Assembly: GCF_000181795.1 (NCBI RefSeq)
Contig: NW_003526940.1
Location: forward strand, 664,336 to 697,421
Direction: 5' to 3'
Source of the DNA: Trichinella spiralis
Lineage: Eukaryota
Length of the DNA stretch: 33,086 bases
The first letter of the stretch is position 1, and the number at the start of each line of letters is the position of its first letter. Made by a program: the position numbers and the translations under genes. A model generated the notes under the pieces. The model ran no database searches. It was not told the origin of the DNA and saw only the letters and a list, made by a program, of their open reading frames with translations. Below, in pieces: positions 1 through 12,683 of this stretch.

Positions 1-82
1 GATTATCATGAATTACTGTACGTTGTAAATAGTGAACTGAACTGAACTGAACTGAATTGAAAATCAGTTTGTATTGAAAATA

Positions 83-3000
83 ATGGAGGATGAAGAATTG
101 ATGCCAGTTATTAAACGTAAACGTACAGAATCAAATGATTTGGTAATTTTATTTTTTCATTCATTTTAAAGATTTTTTTCTAAAGCTATGCTTTATTTCA
201 TCGAAATGATGTTCAGTTGTAATGAAGAAGTTTTTAAATTAATCTATTGCAATAATATTGTTATTGAAAGAGAATTTGCTTTATTAGTGTTTTGCTGATG
301 TTTCAATTCCAAAGTGCTAATTAATTAGCTATTTATTTCTGCATTGATTTATTTGCCCAGGGTATGTTGTTGCTTTGCAAACAAAATGTTATAATTATCA
401 AGTTCGATGTAACTTTTTGGTGCCATATTTCTGTAGAAGTAGTTAAATTGTTTTATTGTATATATATGATTTTTCTTTTGTTGAATAAATAAATTTACAG
501 GATTTTTTGATTGATTCTGAAGTATCAAGCGCTCAAAGTTCTACCGTTTCTCACAACGTGAAACTGGTAAGTGTTGTTTGAATGCTGGAATGTTGTGATT
601 GAAATTAGTTCACATAGTTTGTTTTGACGGAAAATCCAAGTGAACCATGTTTAATGTTAAAATGGCCAGAAAAAGTGATCATGTTGGATTGTCCTTTAAA
701 TGATCTGCAGTTGTTGTCTATGACGCCTGTGTTGCTGTTGAAAAGGTGAATTATTTGTTGGAATTTTTTTTCACTTTTTATATTTTCATTCTTTTAGTTC
801 AGAATTGATAAATTTTGACTTTAATGATGCAGTCAGTGGTCTTCCAACCGTAAGTAATTCTTCCATGGTTGAAATATTTTTTAAAAAACATTTGCATATT
901 TAGAGTAAGTTCACAGATGTGAATGCTGCCGACATCATATTGGTATCAAATTTTAACTCCGCTCTGGCGTTGCCGTTCATTACTGAACGAAGCGAATTTC
1001 AAGGTACCGTCTACGCCACCGAGCCAACTGTTGAATTTGCGAGGTTGTTGTTTATGCTTTTATTAAGATTTATTTCAGTTGTTCATTGTTTGCATTTTTG
1101 TTCTTTGAACGATGATGTTCAATTCGATTTAGATGTCTAATGCTGGATATGGTGACGTATTTTGAACGTGCTAAATCGGCAACGCAGTTTTTTAATAAAT
1201 TTCAAAACAGAGAAAAAAAGTGATAAATTTTTAAGTTATAGTAATAATTTGATTTAAAAATAATGTTTGTTTGTACAATTTAGTCGAAAATTAACTTCAG
1301 CTCCATTTTACACGTTCGAAGATGTGGAAAATTGCTTGTCGAAAGTGAACATTGTCAACTATAATGAAACAGTGGTTAGTTTGTTGTTGGTTTTGTTTGT
1401 CTTATAGCATTGTATGAATTGTTGATTTTGCTTTGCAGATTTGCCCTGGATTTGGACATCTTATTCCCACCGCATCAGGTCTCAGCATCGGTGGATGCAA
1501 CTGGGTAATTGAAACTTGCAAAGAGAAAGTAATGCTTTTTTCCCTTGTTAATAAGCTTTATTGTTAAAAAAAATAGAAGCTAATTATAATTTTGTTTTTT
1601 CTGCAGATTGTTTATTTGTCTTCATTCACTTGCGTTAGTACTCATGCGAAGGTTGGCAAGTTTTGTCCCATGGAATGAGTATTTAATTATTGGTATTTTA
1701 TTAAGGCGATGGCGGTTGATAAATTTGACAATGCTACTGCTATTGTTGTCGGTTCGTTGAATCAGTATCCAAAAAAAAATCCTGCTACAGTAATGGACGA
1801 ATTTTGCACTGTTGTAGGTATGTGAATATATATATATATTTTTTTAATTTCTACATCGGCAGTATTTAATTTGTTTGTTTATTTGAATAATCCTTTTTTG
1901 CAGCGAACACAATTGCCACCGGTGGCAATGTTCTGATTCCCAGTTCACCGTGTGGTGTGACTTTTGATTTGATCGAATACCTTTTTGCGCGTGTGCTTTC
2001 CAGATCTCCGTTGCCAAATTGTCAAGTGATTTTCATCTCCGAAACTGCGGACACTTGTTTCGCCTTTGGTAACATATGCGGAGAATGGTAAAATAAAAAA
2101 ATATGCTCATGTTTGTTTGTTTGTTTATGTTTACTATCGTAAAAATAATTGTGCAGGTTATGCGATTCGAAAAAATGTCGTGTTTTTCAACCCCAAGAAC
2201 CGTTTGTGCACGGTTCGGTAAGTGGAATTTATTTTAGTTCTTTTTCCTCAAATCATGTAAACTAATGTCACGCTTTGCTTGCATAAGCACAGCTTGTTCG
2301 TGGTGGACGTGTGAAACTGATGAAATCAATAAGCGGTAAATATCTATGGATTTATTGTAAATTTTTTTTGTCTATTAATTTGAATATTCATTCGGATAGA
2401 ATGTGAAAAACACGATTTGAGAAGTCCATATATAGTTTTCGCTTCACATCCGTCACTTCGTGTCGGGGATGCGGTTCAGTTTTTGTTGTTGATGAAAGAC
2501 AATGAAAAAAATACCATAATACTTACCGGTACTTGTGCACTTTATTTATACTTTTTTTAAAATTTAATTGCTTTTATTTATGTATTTCAGATCCCGAATT
2601 TTCTCCTAATGAAGTTCTCTTTCCATACAAACCAATTTCAATGAAAGTATATTGTACTGTTTATATTTGATGATGATGATGATTCGTGTGGAAAATGTTT
2701 TTTTCTGTATATTTTCTCATTTTCAGGTTGCATTTTGTCCAATTGATGTTCGGATGAATACAGTCGAAGCAGTCAGTTTATTGTCATCATTGCAGCCAAA
2801 AGCGTTATGCTTGCCAATTCAAGAAAAGAATACAGTTGAAAATTTCTGTAACACTTCTGAAATAGTTGTACGTTTCAGAAGATCGGTCTGTCAGTTATAA
2901 TTAATAATTGATTCGTTCATTTTTGAAGAACACTCGCTATTATTCGACGTCGAACATTTGTCCAATTCCACCGGATCATCGTCTTGTGAAAATTAAATTA

Positions 3001-3653
3001 GATCCAAAAGTATATATATATATATATGCATTTTTATTACTTTATACTTATTTATTTATTTATATTTATATTTTATTTCAGTTGGCCTCTGCGGTTACGT
3101 TGATCGATTTGGGTTGTGGTAAAAGCATTGGACGTGTTGCGGGTCGACTGATTTTGAAAGAAATTGGCTACTATGTTGAAGTAAGCAGTGCTTGGTTTTT
3201 TCCTCCTAGAAATTTATCAGATGAAAATTTTCATATATTCACCGGTTCTACAGTCAGACGAGAATATCGAAAAGACGGTCTACAAGAACGCCACACTGAC
3301 ATGTCCTTCTCTGAAAGTTGCAGAACAACTTTTACAAAAGGTAAGCATAATGGAAGCTTGTTTTTGTTTTTTTTTTGAAAAAAATTTCTTTCAGATTGAT
3401 TTTCGCGCTTCTGATCCATCACTTGCTAATTCTAATGTGGAAGTTGCTTATGTAATTTAAAAAATTTATTTTTTACAACCTTTTTTATTTGAAACATTTC
3501 ACCTTTATTTTTTTTATTTTACTGTAGGAAAATGAAAATGCAAAGTTCAGCATGACGAAGTCAGTGACGAGAATTTTTGCAAAATTAGATGATCTAGATA
3601 CTATTGAAAAATTGCAAGATGTTGTTTTACAAAGCTGTTTGAAATTATATTAA
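83..3653 (+). CDS. INTS9: Integrator complex subunit 9 (inactive metallo-beta-lactamase/beta-CASP fold), multi-exon gene; span includes introns
   Basis: Exons joined by hand at GT..AG give PCLMLKWPEKVIMLDCPL, DIILVSNFNSALALPFITERSEFQGTVYATEPTVEFAR, GGNVLIPSSPCGVTFDLIEYL, FASHPSLRVGDAVQF, ILTDPEF and FCPIDVR. These match INTS9 motifs as I recall them (PCNVLKF..IMLDC; ALPYITEHTGF.G.VYATEPT; GGNVLVPCYPSG; GHPSLRFGD; CPIDTRL). Stop TAA at 3651-3653. The start at ATG 83 (exons 83-142, 501-566) is less certain than the gene body. Confidence 0.92.
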
Positions 3654-3862
3654 ATTTTTATTTCGTCTATGTTGATCGTACTGTAGAATATGTTCTCAGT
3701 GTCTTGTTTTGATGTGAAAAAACAAATGTAAAAGTAAATTTTACTTGAGAAAAAGAAATCAATGCTATTACTGTATGTTATTTATACGTGCATATCGAGC
3801 TGATCAACGTTCATTCAGATATAGCGAACACATATTGAAATCAATAATCAAATGTTCCTGTA

Positions 3863-3876
3863 GTTTCTATAGCAAC
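3863..3876 (+). promoter_or_regulatory. X-box (RFX/DAF-19 binding site) of the BBS5 promoter
   Basis: GTTTCTATAGCAAC fits the nematode X-box consensus RTHNYY-WT-RRNRAC at every position. It lies about 80-95 bp upstream of the ATG of a ciliary gene. Confidence 0.8.
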
Positions 3877-3956
3877 TTGGTGGATTTTCGTTAGATTTCG
3901 TTGAAATTTTTATCAAATGTTTCAATAGTAAAAGTATTCAATTTGAATGTAATTTC

Positions 3957-5903
3957 ATGATGTTCAAGTCTGTGGAAAAAAATTTAAAACATTACGATGT
4001 AATTTGGGAAGATCGAGACGTTCGATTTGATGTCGATTCAAAGTGAGCATTTTTTCATTGCAGTTCAATCGTCACGTATTATTTTTGAATTTTTAAAAAA
4101 ACGTCAACTAAACTTTATTTTAAAATACTTCTCACAGATGAAAAAAAAATAATTTAAAATTTAAATAATGTTTCGTATTTTAGACAATTGAAACTTAGAA
4201 ATGGAGAATTCATTGTGGATAAATCACACGGAATTGAAGATACGAAAGGAAATCGTGGACAAAAAGGTATGAACTTGAAAATAATTATTACATTTAAATA
4301 CGTTTTCTAATTTCGCAAAGATCTTTGCTTTCAGGAACTTTAATTGTAACAAATTTGAGAATTATTTGGCTTTCTCACGCTTCGTCGAAAATTAATCTAA
4401 GTAAGTTAGCGCTAATTTGAAATGATAAGCAAAAGTTATTTTTTTATTGTTTGTGAGACAAATTTTAAATTTGCGTAAATTTGCAATTGATTGAAAATAT
4501 TTAGCCATTGGATTCAATTCAATCACAGCAATACGTACTCGGTCCACTTTATCGGTATGTTTCCTTTCTATCCTCTTTTATTAAAATTAATAAATTTTTA
4601 ATTGTTGCAGAAATTGGTCGGAAAGACCGAATCGTTGTACGTTTTGACAAAGCCAGGATCGACAAGATTTGAATTTATTTTTTCCATAATCAATCAGGCA
4701 AATGCAAAATTGTTTGCATCGATTCTTATTGTTTTTCGGTAAATTATTTTTCTCTTCGATTGATCACTTCATCACATATTTATTCATTATTGCAGCGCGT
4801 ATGAAACGTCGACTTCGTACCGTGAAGTGAAAATGCGCACACCGATCATCGTAAGAGAAACGTTGAAACTTCTTCCTTTGGAAGAACAATGCAAAAGGGT
4901 TTGTTTGTTTGTTTGTTTGTGTGAAATTATTATTTTGATATTTGTTTTCAAAGTTCAGGTTGAAGGTACATGGAATTTATATTCAGACGAGGTTTGAACG
5001 AAGCACAGCACGTATAGCAACTTTATTTACCAAATTTAATTGTATTTCAATAATTCTAGGGCGACCTTGGTGTATTGATTATGACCAATGTGAGAGTTGT
5101 ATGGTTTGCGACTGTCAATGAGTCGATGAACATAAGCATACCGTATTTGCATATAGTAAATTTTCAAATTAATAAATTTATTCGTTGATTTTATTTATAA
5201 TTTTTAGAAAAGTTGTCGAATAAAAAATTCAAAATTTGGTTTAGCTTTGGTGATCGAAACATCTGTGCAAGTAGAATATTTTACACTAATATTTCGAAAT
5301 TATTTGTACATTGTTTTTTTTCGGTGAATAATTTCTAATTTGTATATCTTTTTTTGCTTGCGTTCAGAGTGGTAGTAACATTTTTGGATTCAGAATTGAT
5401 CCTCAAGATCGGCTTGAAGAAGTTTGCCGTCAGATTATATCGTTGCATTCGATGTTTCAAGTGAACCCAGTTTTTGGTGTGGAAGTGGTCCGCAGTCAGG
5501 TGTGGGATTAATTATTACCCCTTCGAGTATTTTTAATTTTTAATATCCAAGCGAATTGTTCAGGACGATAATGAAACTATCACCATCGGATTGTCCACCG
5601 AAGATGATATTGAAATTGATTCCACTGGTCGAGCGGACTCTTTAACGGTAGTTTTTCATTTTTATATCCATCAACTGCCACTTTTGTTTGTAATTTCAAT
5701 AATTAACAACGCAATAAAATATTAATTGTATGAATTATTTTTTGAAATGTATTTTTTGCTTTCTGCTTCAGGCATATTTTGCTTGTGGTGATCCTCACCG
5801 GAAATCAGGTGAACCGGTCTACAACGAAGAACTGGGCGTGGCTATTGAAGCACTGAAAGAAGGCTTTACACTGAACGATTTGTGGGAAATAGATGCTGAC
5901 TAA
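3957..5903 (+). CDS. BBS5: Bardet-Biedl syndrome 5 protein (BBSome subunit), multi-exon gene; span includes introns
   Basis: Spliced exons give [90 protein letters not shown] and [24 protein letters not shown]. These are the hallmark BBS5 motifs in the expected order. ATG at 3957, TAA at 5901-5903. Confidence 0.96.
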
Positions 5904-7098
5904 TAATGCTGTCACTGGATCTTGGATTTGATATCAGAATTTCTGCTCAATTTGTCAAGTTTTTCGCAGTTGTAGTTTGCTTCAGCCATTCATTTATGAT
6001 TTCATTGATTATTTCTCGAACATCAATCTCATTGCTGTCTTTCTTTATAAGTCTTTCTAATGCTACCAAACAAACAGTTTATATTATTTTTCTTGAATGC
6101 ATTTTGACGTTTAAAGAACTTCTTCTATTTTCAAAGCATTTCAAGAGGTGAAGAATTCCAATAATACTGACTTTGGTATAATCTCAAGCATACTATTCAA
6201 CAGTAGTGTAAAATTATCGAGCATGACCATGGCGATTGTCTAATTTGTTGTACATCACAATGGACTGTAATTATCTAGCCCGTCTGCGCGCAATCAGAGG
6301 CATAATGAAAGGTGCGTATATTACGCGAAAGCGTGCTAAACAGTTATGATGGATTTCAATGTGTGAAAATAACGCTATAGCGCGCATGTAGCAGTCCAGC
6401 TGCAGCATTACCAAGATTTTTCGCTCTTCATAAATGTATGTTACGTTTAATGTTGAAAACTGCCTATTTTTGATAATTGCCAAAAACGATTGTCTAATAT
6501 GAATAATAGGCAATATTTTTCTCTAATATTGAGAATAGACTGTAGGCATACGACGGGTCACCAGCTACGCTGTATCCTTAAATGCTTTTTTGATGATGTA
6601 TCGCATGAGAATTTCCATGATAATCATTTCATTTTACTCAAAAAATAAATGCTTAATGTGTTTATTGTCAGAAACAAATGTATCGCTTCAGAATTTCTAT
6701 GATATTCCTTTCATTTCATTCAACAAATGAAAAGTGATTAGGTTCAGACACTTTCAAATAATTTGCTCCGGAAAATGGCTTCATTATTAAATTTATATGT
6801 AAAGAAAAGGCAACCAACTACTTCCCAATTTATTAAAATTCTGATGAAAAAAAAGCTGTATATGAAGAAAATCTCTTTGCTCATCAACGAAAAAGGACAG
6901 AATGTAATGACTTTTCCGACTTCCCTGCGAGATCAAATGATAACTGAGATATTGCGAATCCAATCAGATGGTTAAAAATCTGTCCGTGATTATAATTGAA
7001 AAAATCAGTATGGAGTTTTGAAAATTGGCATAGGGGTAGGGGGAGGGGAGTGTAACTGATTTTCCGCACGAACACCCCCTAATTTTTAGCAGTAACTT

Positions 7099-7870
7099 TC
7101 ATTGGTTGCTGCTCTGAAACATGGTGCTCGCTTGTGATTTTGCAAAATAATTATCCCTGACGTATCCTGTTCGCTTAGGCAATTTGCAGTTCAGCAGGAG
7201 GGCTGGTCCAAGCCGGAGGAATTTTTGTCTCGTGAGTTTGTGCACAGATTTTTGATTTGGATACCTCATTTTGATATAGTGCTTGACCACCTGTGCCGAA
7301 AGCTATCTCATAAAACGCTTCTTCTGAAAACTTTGCTGATGTCTCTTCAGTAAGAATGCGTTGTTGATGCACACGTCAACAATATGGAACAATATTCTTT
7401 ATTTTGTGGCAAACATCTCCTATTCTTGCATCCATGCTGTCCACGCCTCCTTTCACAAGATTATAGTGATTTATGATGCTTGGGTTTTGTTACCTCACTG
7501 ATTGTCTATTTCGAACTCTGCGTGGCATGAAGTCATCAGAAGAACCATCCTTTCTTCCACTGAGCGTATATCATCATCGTTACTCTTTTGCTGTAATCAT
7601 AAACAGCAAAAGTCGAGTAAAGATCACGTCGTGCTGCATTACGCAAACATGATGGAACATCACACTGATGTGCAAAGACTGTGTAGACGACAGAAATGGG
7701 GTTTGTCGACAACGTGAGAGAACCTGAGTGGCCGTAAAAATATACTGTAATACGGTAGTGCCGCAACTGGTGTTTTTTGTCGTAGTTGGAAGATTGCCTT
7801 CAGTGTATTTGCTTTTTTCGTGCGATATTCATTGATTTCTTGTCTGATTATCCCTGGCTCAGTATTATTT
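7099..7870 (-). mobile_element. Degenerate piggyBac transposase remnant (frameshifted; element ends not resolved)
   Basis: Minus-strand translation across frames gives RDLYSTFAVYD, MVLLMTSCH, PSIINHYNLVKGGVDSMDARI (the YNxxKGGVDxxD motif of piggyBac DDD transposases) and ILFHIVDVCINNAFLL..KKRFMR*LSAQVV. No TTAA-CCC termini were found. Confidence 0.75.
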
Positions 7871-8156
7871 GTTTTGAGTAAACTGTGTCGAATCTCAATC
7901 GAATTTTGAATAACAGTTATCTTGACGCAAATCAGATTGTCTAACGCAATAGACTTTCCCGCCTTGCCACAACAAATCAGAAATACAGTCCACTAACATC
8001 ACAAACGAGTGAGCTGCTGTCTTGCTCGTTATGGACTGTACCAATAGTTGTAAGACTATGCTCAAGAAGATTTTGCAAAGTGGAATGCGATGTAAAATAG
8101 CAGTCTATAAAAACGACTCTTTTGTTTCAATAAATTTCAAAAAAAAGCAATACTAT

Positions 8157-8561
8157 TGTAGCAGACGCAGACCGACAACTAACAACTGCTGTGCTTCTTT
8201 AGATAACGAAGATGAGGAAGAAGAGCAAAACTACCGTAAGCTGACCGGTACTTGAAGATCAGGAAGGAGTACGGTGGTGATTATTATTAGTAGCGGTGGA
8301 GCGATAGTCTGTTGTTAGCAAGACAGTGGTGAACGTTGTTGTGATTGCGAATAAATATTGTATTCCTGTTCTGTTGCTTTGAGTGCGAGTATGTTACCAA
8401 CAAAGCGTGAATTAGGGAAAAGGGGCGGCAGGGCCGGTAGTAACCGGACGGGCGATACAGACGCAGACATGAGCACGCAGCGTGTCGTCATTTGGTAATG
8501 GCCGTGGCAGCATCCCTGTTGAGGCGAGGAACGAACCCGCCTGGGAGAGCGGCTCGTTACA
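8157..8561 (+). repeat. 5' LTR (405 bp)
   Basis: TGTAGCAGACG...CTCGTTACA, a direct repeat of 12698-13119, with AATAAA at about 8350. Confidence 0.95.
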
Positions 8562-11500
8562 ATGGGGGCCTGTCCGGGAAATTGTCGTGAGGGGAATTGG
8601 AAATGCCTGTTACGGCCCACCCCTGACATTCTCCCCGGGAATGGATCCCATCGAATGGCTCCAGTCAATGGAAGATTTTTTCGTTGTGACTGGCGTTCCA
8701 TCCTCGCAGCAAGCCGCCAGCGCCAGGCTGTGAGTGTACAACGCTGTTCGGAGAGAATTGTTCCCGCCGGGATCACCTCGGGACATCTCCTGGGACGAGC
8801 TGAAATGCCGTTTGCTTGATACCTACGGCCATGGTGAGTCCCTGATACAACTGGCGGTGCGATTCAATGTCCTGAAGCAACGAAAGAACCAGTCGATCCG
8901 AGAATTCGCCCAAGAAGTGGCCGAGTTGGGACGTCGGGCCAGAATGTCAGAGAACGAACTGGTTGCGCGTTTCATTTGCGGCGTGGCATCGAAAGAGGTC
9001 CACAGAGAGCTCCGTCTGCGGGAACCGACAACGCTTGTGAAGGCACGCCAACTGGCGGAAAACGCAGCAGAACTGGAGACAGAAGTTGAGTGAAGTCGGC
9101 AGCGAACCACCGAAAATGCTGACGCAGGGAAAGGCAACCTGGTCCAAGCCGTGGAAGCCCTGACCTGACGGTTCGACCAGCTGCAGACGACACTAGAAAG
9201 ATCGAACAGCAGACGACCCGCCCGAAGGGCAACGGAGTGCTTCTGATGCGGTGAACAGGGCCATTTCCTTCGGGATTGCCCGCAGCGACGCGTCGTAGCC
9301 AGAGTGATGCCAGCGACGACTTCGAGACGACCGGCGGAGAGGACGATGGCAACCATCAACCCGCAGACCGGCAACGTGCTCGCCGTCCCAGGTAGGATAG
9401 AGAACTTGGAAATTTTGTTGTTGGTCGATAGGGGTGCAGTGGTCTCAGTAATCTCCAAGCAGGTGTGGGATAAGGCCACCTCATGCCAGAAATTGCGGGG
9501 AGCGGCCAGCCCAATACAACTGGGCGACGGACGGAAGATAGCGACCTTCGGCTGGGGGATCGTTCAGCTACACCTGGGGAGATGGAAGGGGCCGCTCACG
9601 GTCGTGGTGGTAGAGAAGTTTGTGGTCCTGGGCATCCTGGGCACAAATTTCCTGGACACCATGGTGCGGAGCATGGACTTCAGGTCTCGCTACTTGGTCC
9701 TGAGAGACGGGACGAGAGTAAAGTTCCAGCGAGAGGCAAGCAGTGACGCCCCGTCCAGCATCGGGTGCATGGGCACCGGCATACCCCAGAAAGGAACAGG
9801 GCAAGTGACCACGGATAAGCCAACTCAAGCCAGCGAAGGCTGCGGGCAGCAGCTCCACGCACTTGCTGACGCAGCAGAGTGCTCGATAACGGGGAAGCAG
9901 ACCTTGGAGAGCATACTGCGCCGGCATAGTCGAGCCATATCGCGGAACGATGATGACCTAGGGCGGCAACCTAGTCACACACCGCATCGAAACGGGTGAG
10001 GCTCAGCCCATAAAGCAACCGCCGCGCCGCCTCCCAGTGGGACAGATGTTGGTATCCGGCGTGATCGAGCCCGCATCCGGGCCTTGGAGTTCACCTGTTG
10101 TACTGGTGCGAAAGAAGGACGGGTCACCTCGGTTCCGCGTTGATTACCGCAGGCTGAATGCCGTAACCCGTGTCGATGCTCAACCACTCCCGCGCATTGA
10201 CGACACGTTGGATGCGCTGGCAGGATCTCAGTGGTTCAGCACACTAGACCCGGCTTCAGGGTAGTGGCAGGTAGAAGTAACCGAACCTGACCGGGAGAAG
10301 ACGGCCTTCTCCACGCCGATGGGCCTCTTCCAGTTCAGGGTCATGCCATTCGGCCTATGCAACGCCCCGGCGACCTTCCAGCGGCTGATGGAGAACGCGT
10401 TGAGGGGGTTGACATTCAAGGGCTGCTTGGTTTATTTAGACGACATTATCGTCTACGGGCGCACGGAAGAGGAACATCTGGAACGACTGGCCAAGGTGCT
10501 CCACCGCCTGCAGTCCGTGGGGCTGAAGATCAGGCCAGAGAAATGCCAGCTGATGCGTCAAAGTGTACGTTACCTGGGCCATGTCGTAACACAGCACGGT
10601 ATAGGGACAGACACGGTAAAAACAGCGGCGGTGCAAGAGGGGCCTAGACCCCGGTGCGCAAAAGAAGTCCAGCAGTTCATGGGCCTCTCTTCGTATTATC
10701 GGCGGTTTGTCAAGAACTTTGCCAGCATCGCGGGTCCTCTCCATAAGCTGACAAGGAAAGACCAGAGATGGAGCTGGGGGCCAGAACAGGAGGGAGCCTT
10801 GACTAAGCTCAAGAGTGCTCTGTCCAGCCCGCCAATTTTGTCCCACCCGCATTTTGACCGGCCGTTCCTGCTGGACGTCGACGCTAGCGAGGACGCCCTA
10901 GGCGCCATCCTTTCACAACTGAACCATCAGGGCCTCCCGGTGGTGGTAGCGTACGCTAGTCGCTCACTGTCGCAGCCAGAGAGGAAGTAATGGGCCTCAC
11001 GGCAGGAGATGCTAGCCCTCGTTTGGACTACGCGCCACTTTCGGCCGTACCTGTACGGCAGAAAGTTTACAGCTCGCACAGACCACAACGCACTGAGGTG
11101 GCTCAGGAACTTCCGGGAACCTGAAGGGCAGGTAGCCCGCTGGCTGGAGCGACAAGCAGAATACGAATTCGAAGTTGTCTACCGGCCTGGGCAACAACAC
11201 CGGAACGCTGATGCCCTGTCCCGACGAGTCTGCAAGCAGTGCGGAGCCATGAATCCAACCGCAGACGCGCAAGTGGCGGCCATGACACTAGGAACGACCG
11301 GGCGGATGCAGGAGTGGCAGGATGCTGACCCGGAGCTCCAACAAATTCGGGAGTGGTTGGAGAAGAGGGACTGGCCCCAAGAACCACCGGCAGGGAGTCA
11401 CATGTTCCGAAGCCTCTGGTCACAACGGGACCGGCTGACGCTACGGGACGGAATCCTGTGTCGTGCGTGGGAAGCACCGGATAGGGAAGAAGAAAAGGTG

Positions 11501-12589
11501 CTGCAGGTGGTTCCTCGACAAAACATCCCAGAAGTCCTTCGAGCCGTCCACAACCATCCGACGGGCGGTCACCTGGGAGTGGCGAAGACATTGGGGCGGG
11601 TACGCCAACGGTTTTACTGGCCCCAGCAGCGGGAAGACGTAGAGGACTGGTGTCGGGCGTGCCAGACCTGCGCCGCTCAGGCGGCACCGACCAAACGGCT
11701 GCAGGCACCGATGCAGATCCACCCGGTTGGCCAGCCCTGCCAGCGAGTGGGGATGGACTTGGTGGGGCCACTAGAAGAAACCCGACGCGGCAATCGCTAC
11801 ATCTTGGTGGTGTGCGATTACTTTTCAAAGTGGCTTGAGGCCTTCCCACTGCCTGATGCCGAGGCGGACACGGTGGCCACGGCGCTGGTGAACGGCATTT
11901 TCTGTCGTTACGGAGCACCAGAGATGCTGCACTCAGACCAGGGCCGTAACTTCGAGGCTGGTGTGATAGCAGAGGTGTGTCGGCTATTTGGCATAGCCAA
12001 GACCAGAACCACAGCGTACCATCCACAGTCTGACGGTCTGGTGGAGAGGATGAACCGGACACTTATAGACATGCTGGCGAAAGTGTCCATCGATCAGCCG
12101 GAGGACTGGGATGTCCATCTCGACCGGGTACTCCTCGCGTACCGGTCCAGCGTGCATCACATCACTGGTGCCACACCCTGCCGGATAATATTCGGGAGGG
12201 AGCTGAGACTACCAGTGGATGTTGTGTACGGGCTACCTCAATGCATGCAGGCGGAGACCACTGGGGTATACGTCCAGCGACTGCGCCAGGAACTCGAGCA
12301 GGTGTTCGACACAGTCCGAGCCAAAGCAAAGCTGGAGCAGCGCCGACAAAAGTTATGGAGGGACAAAAAGGCTCATGGACATGCGTACGAACCAGGCGAC
12401 CAAGTGTGGTTGCAGGTGCCCGTGAAAACGAAATTGGGAGCCCACTGGGAAGGACCATATCTGGTCCAGAAAAAGCTGGACTGGAATACCTACCGGCTAC
12501 GCAAGATTCAAGGAGGAATGGAGCCGGTGGAAGTCCACTTCGACCGCCTGAAACCATACCACGACCGGCAGCAAATCGCCGAGACGTGA
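8391..12589 (+). pseudogene. Disrupted gag-pol polyprotein of the Gypsy element
   Basis: Gag carries a CCHC knuckle CF*CGEQGHFLRDCP (about 9238-9282). Protease is LLVDRGAVVSVI (DTG changed to DRG). RT shows SPVVLVRKKDG, MPFGLCNAPATFQ and YLDD; RNase H shows DVDASEDALGAIL; integrase shows HHCC, GMDLVGP, HSDQGRNF, GLVERMNRT and GPY. Stops occur at 9091, 9166, 9244, 10262 and 10988, with frameshifts near 8730 and 9960-10040. Confidence 0.93.
8563..8579 (+). promoter_or_regulatory. Primer-binding site, tRNA-Pro-like
   Basis: TGGGGGCCTGTCCGGGA starts 1 nt after the LTR end and closely resembles the canonical tRNA-Pro PBS TGGGGGCTCGTCCGGGA. Confidence 0.75.
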
Positions 12590-12683
12590 GAAGTATGGTG
12601 AAAAAGGAGAACCATGCGTCGACCAGCGTGGTTACGAGATTTCATATGCACCAGGGACGGTGAGCACGGGACGTGCTCTGCAT

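Noticed and set aside
33..60. (GAACT)n pentamer run upstream of INTS9
   Set aside because: It is a short microsatellite with no evidence of function.
5906..6151. ORF right after BBS5, and an antisense frame (DSNEIDVREIINEIINEWLKQ)
   Set aside because: No clear start, splice structure or homology could be supported.
6224..6237. Second X-box-like palindrome (ATGACCATGGCGAT; ATCTCCATGGTCAC in the copy near 18862)
   Set aside because: It mismatches the consensus and has no identifiable gene downstream.
7030..7050. G-rich tract as a possible G-quadruplex
   Set aside because: Only three long G runs are present, which is insufficient for a canonical call.
8823..12557. Long antisense and alternate-frame ORFs inside the Gypsy element (e.g. 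11103-12062, 8823-9479)
   Set aside because: They are expected shadows of GC-rich pol sequence and show no recognisable motifs.
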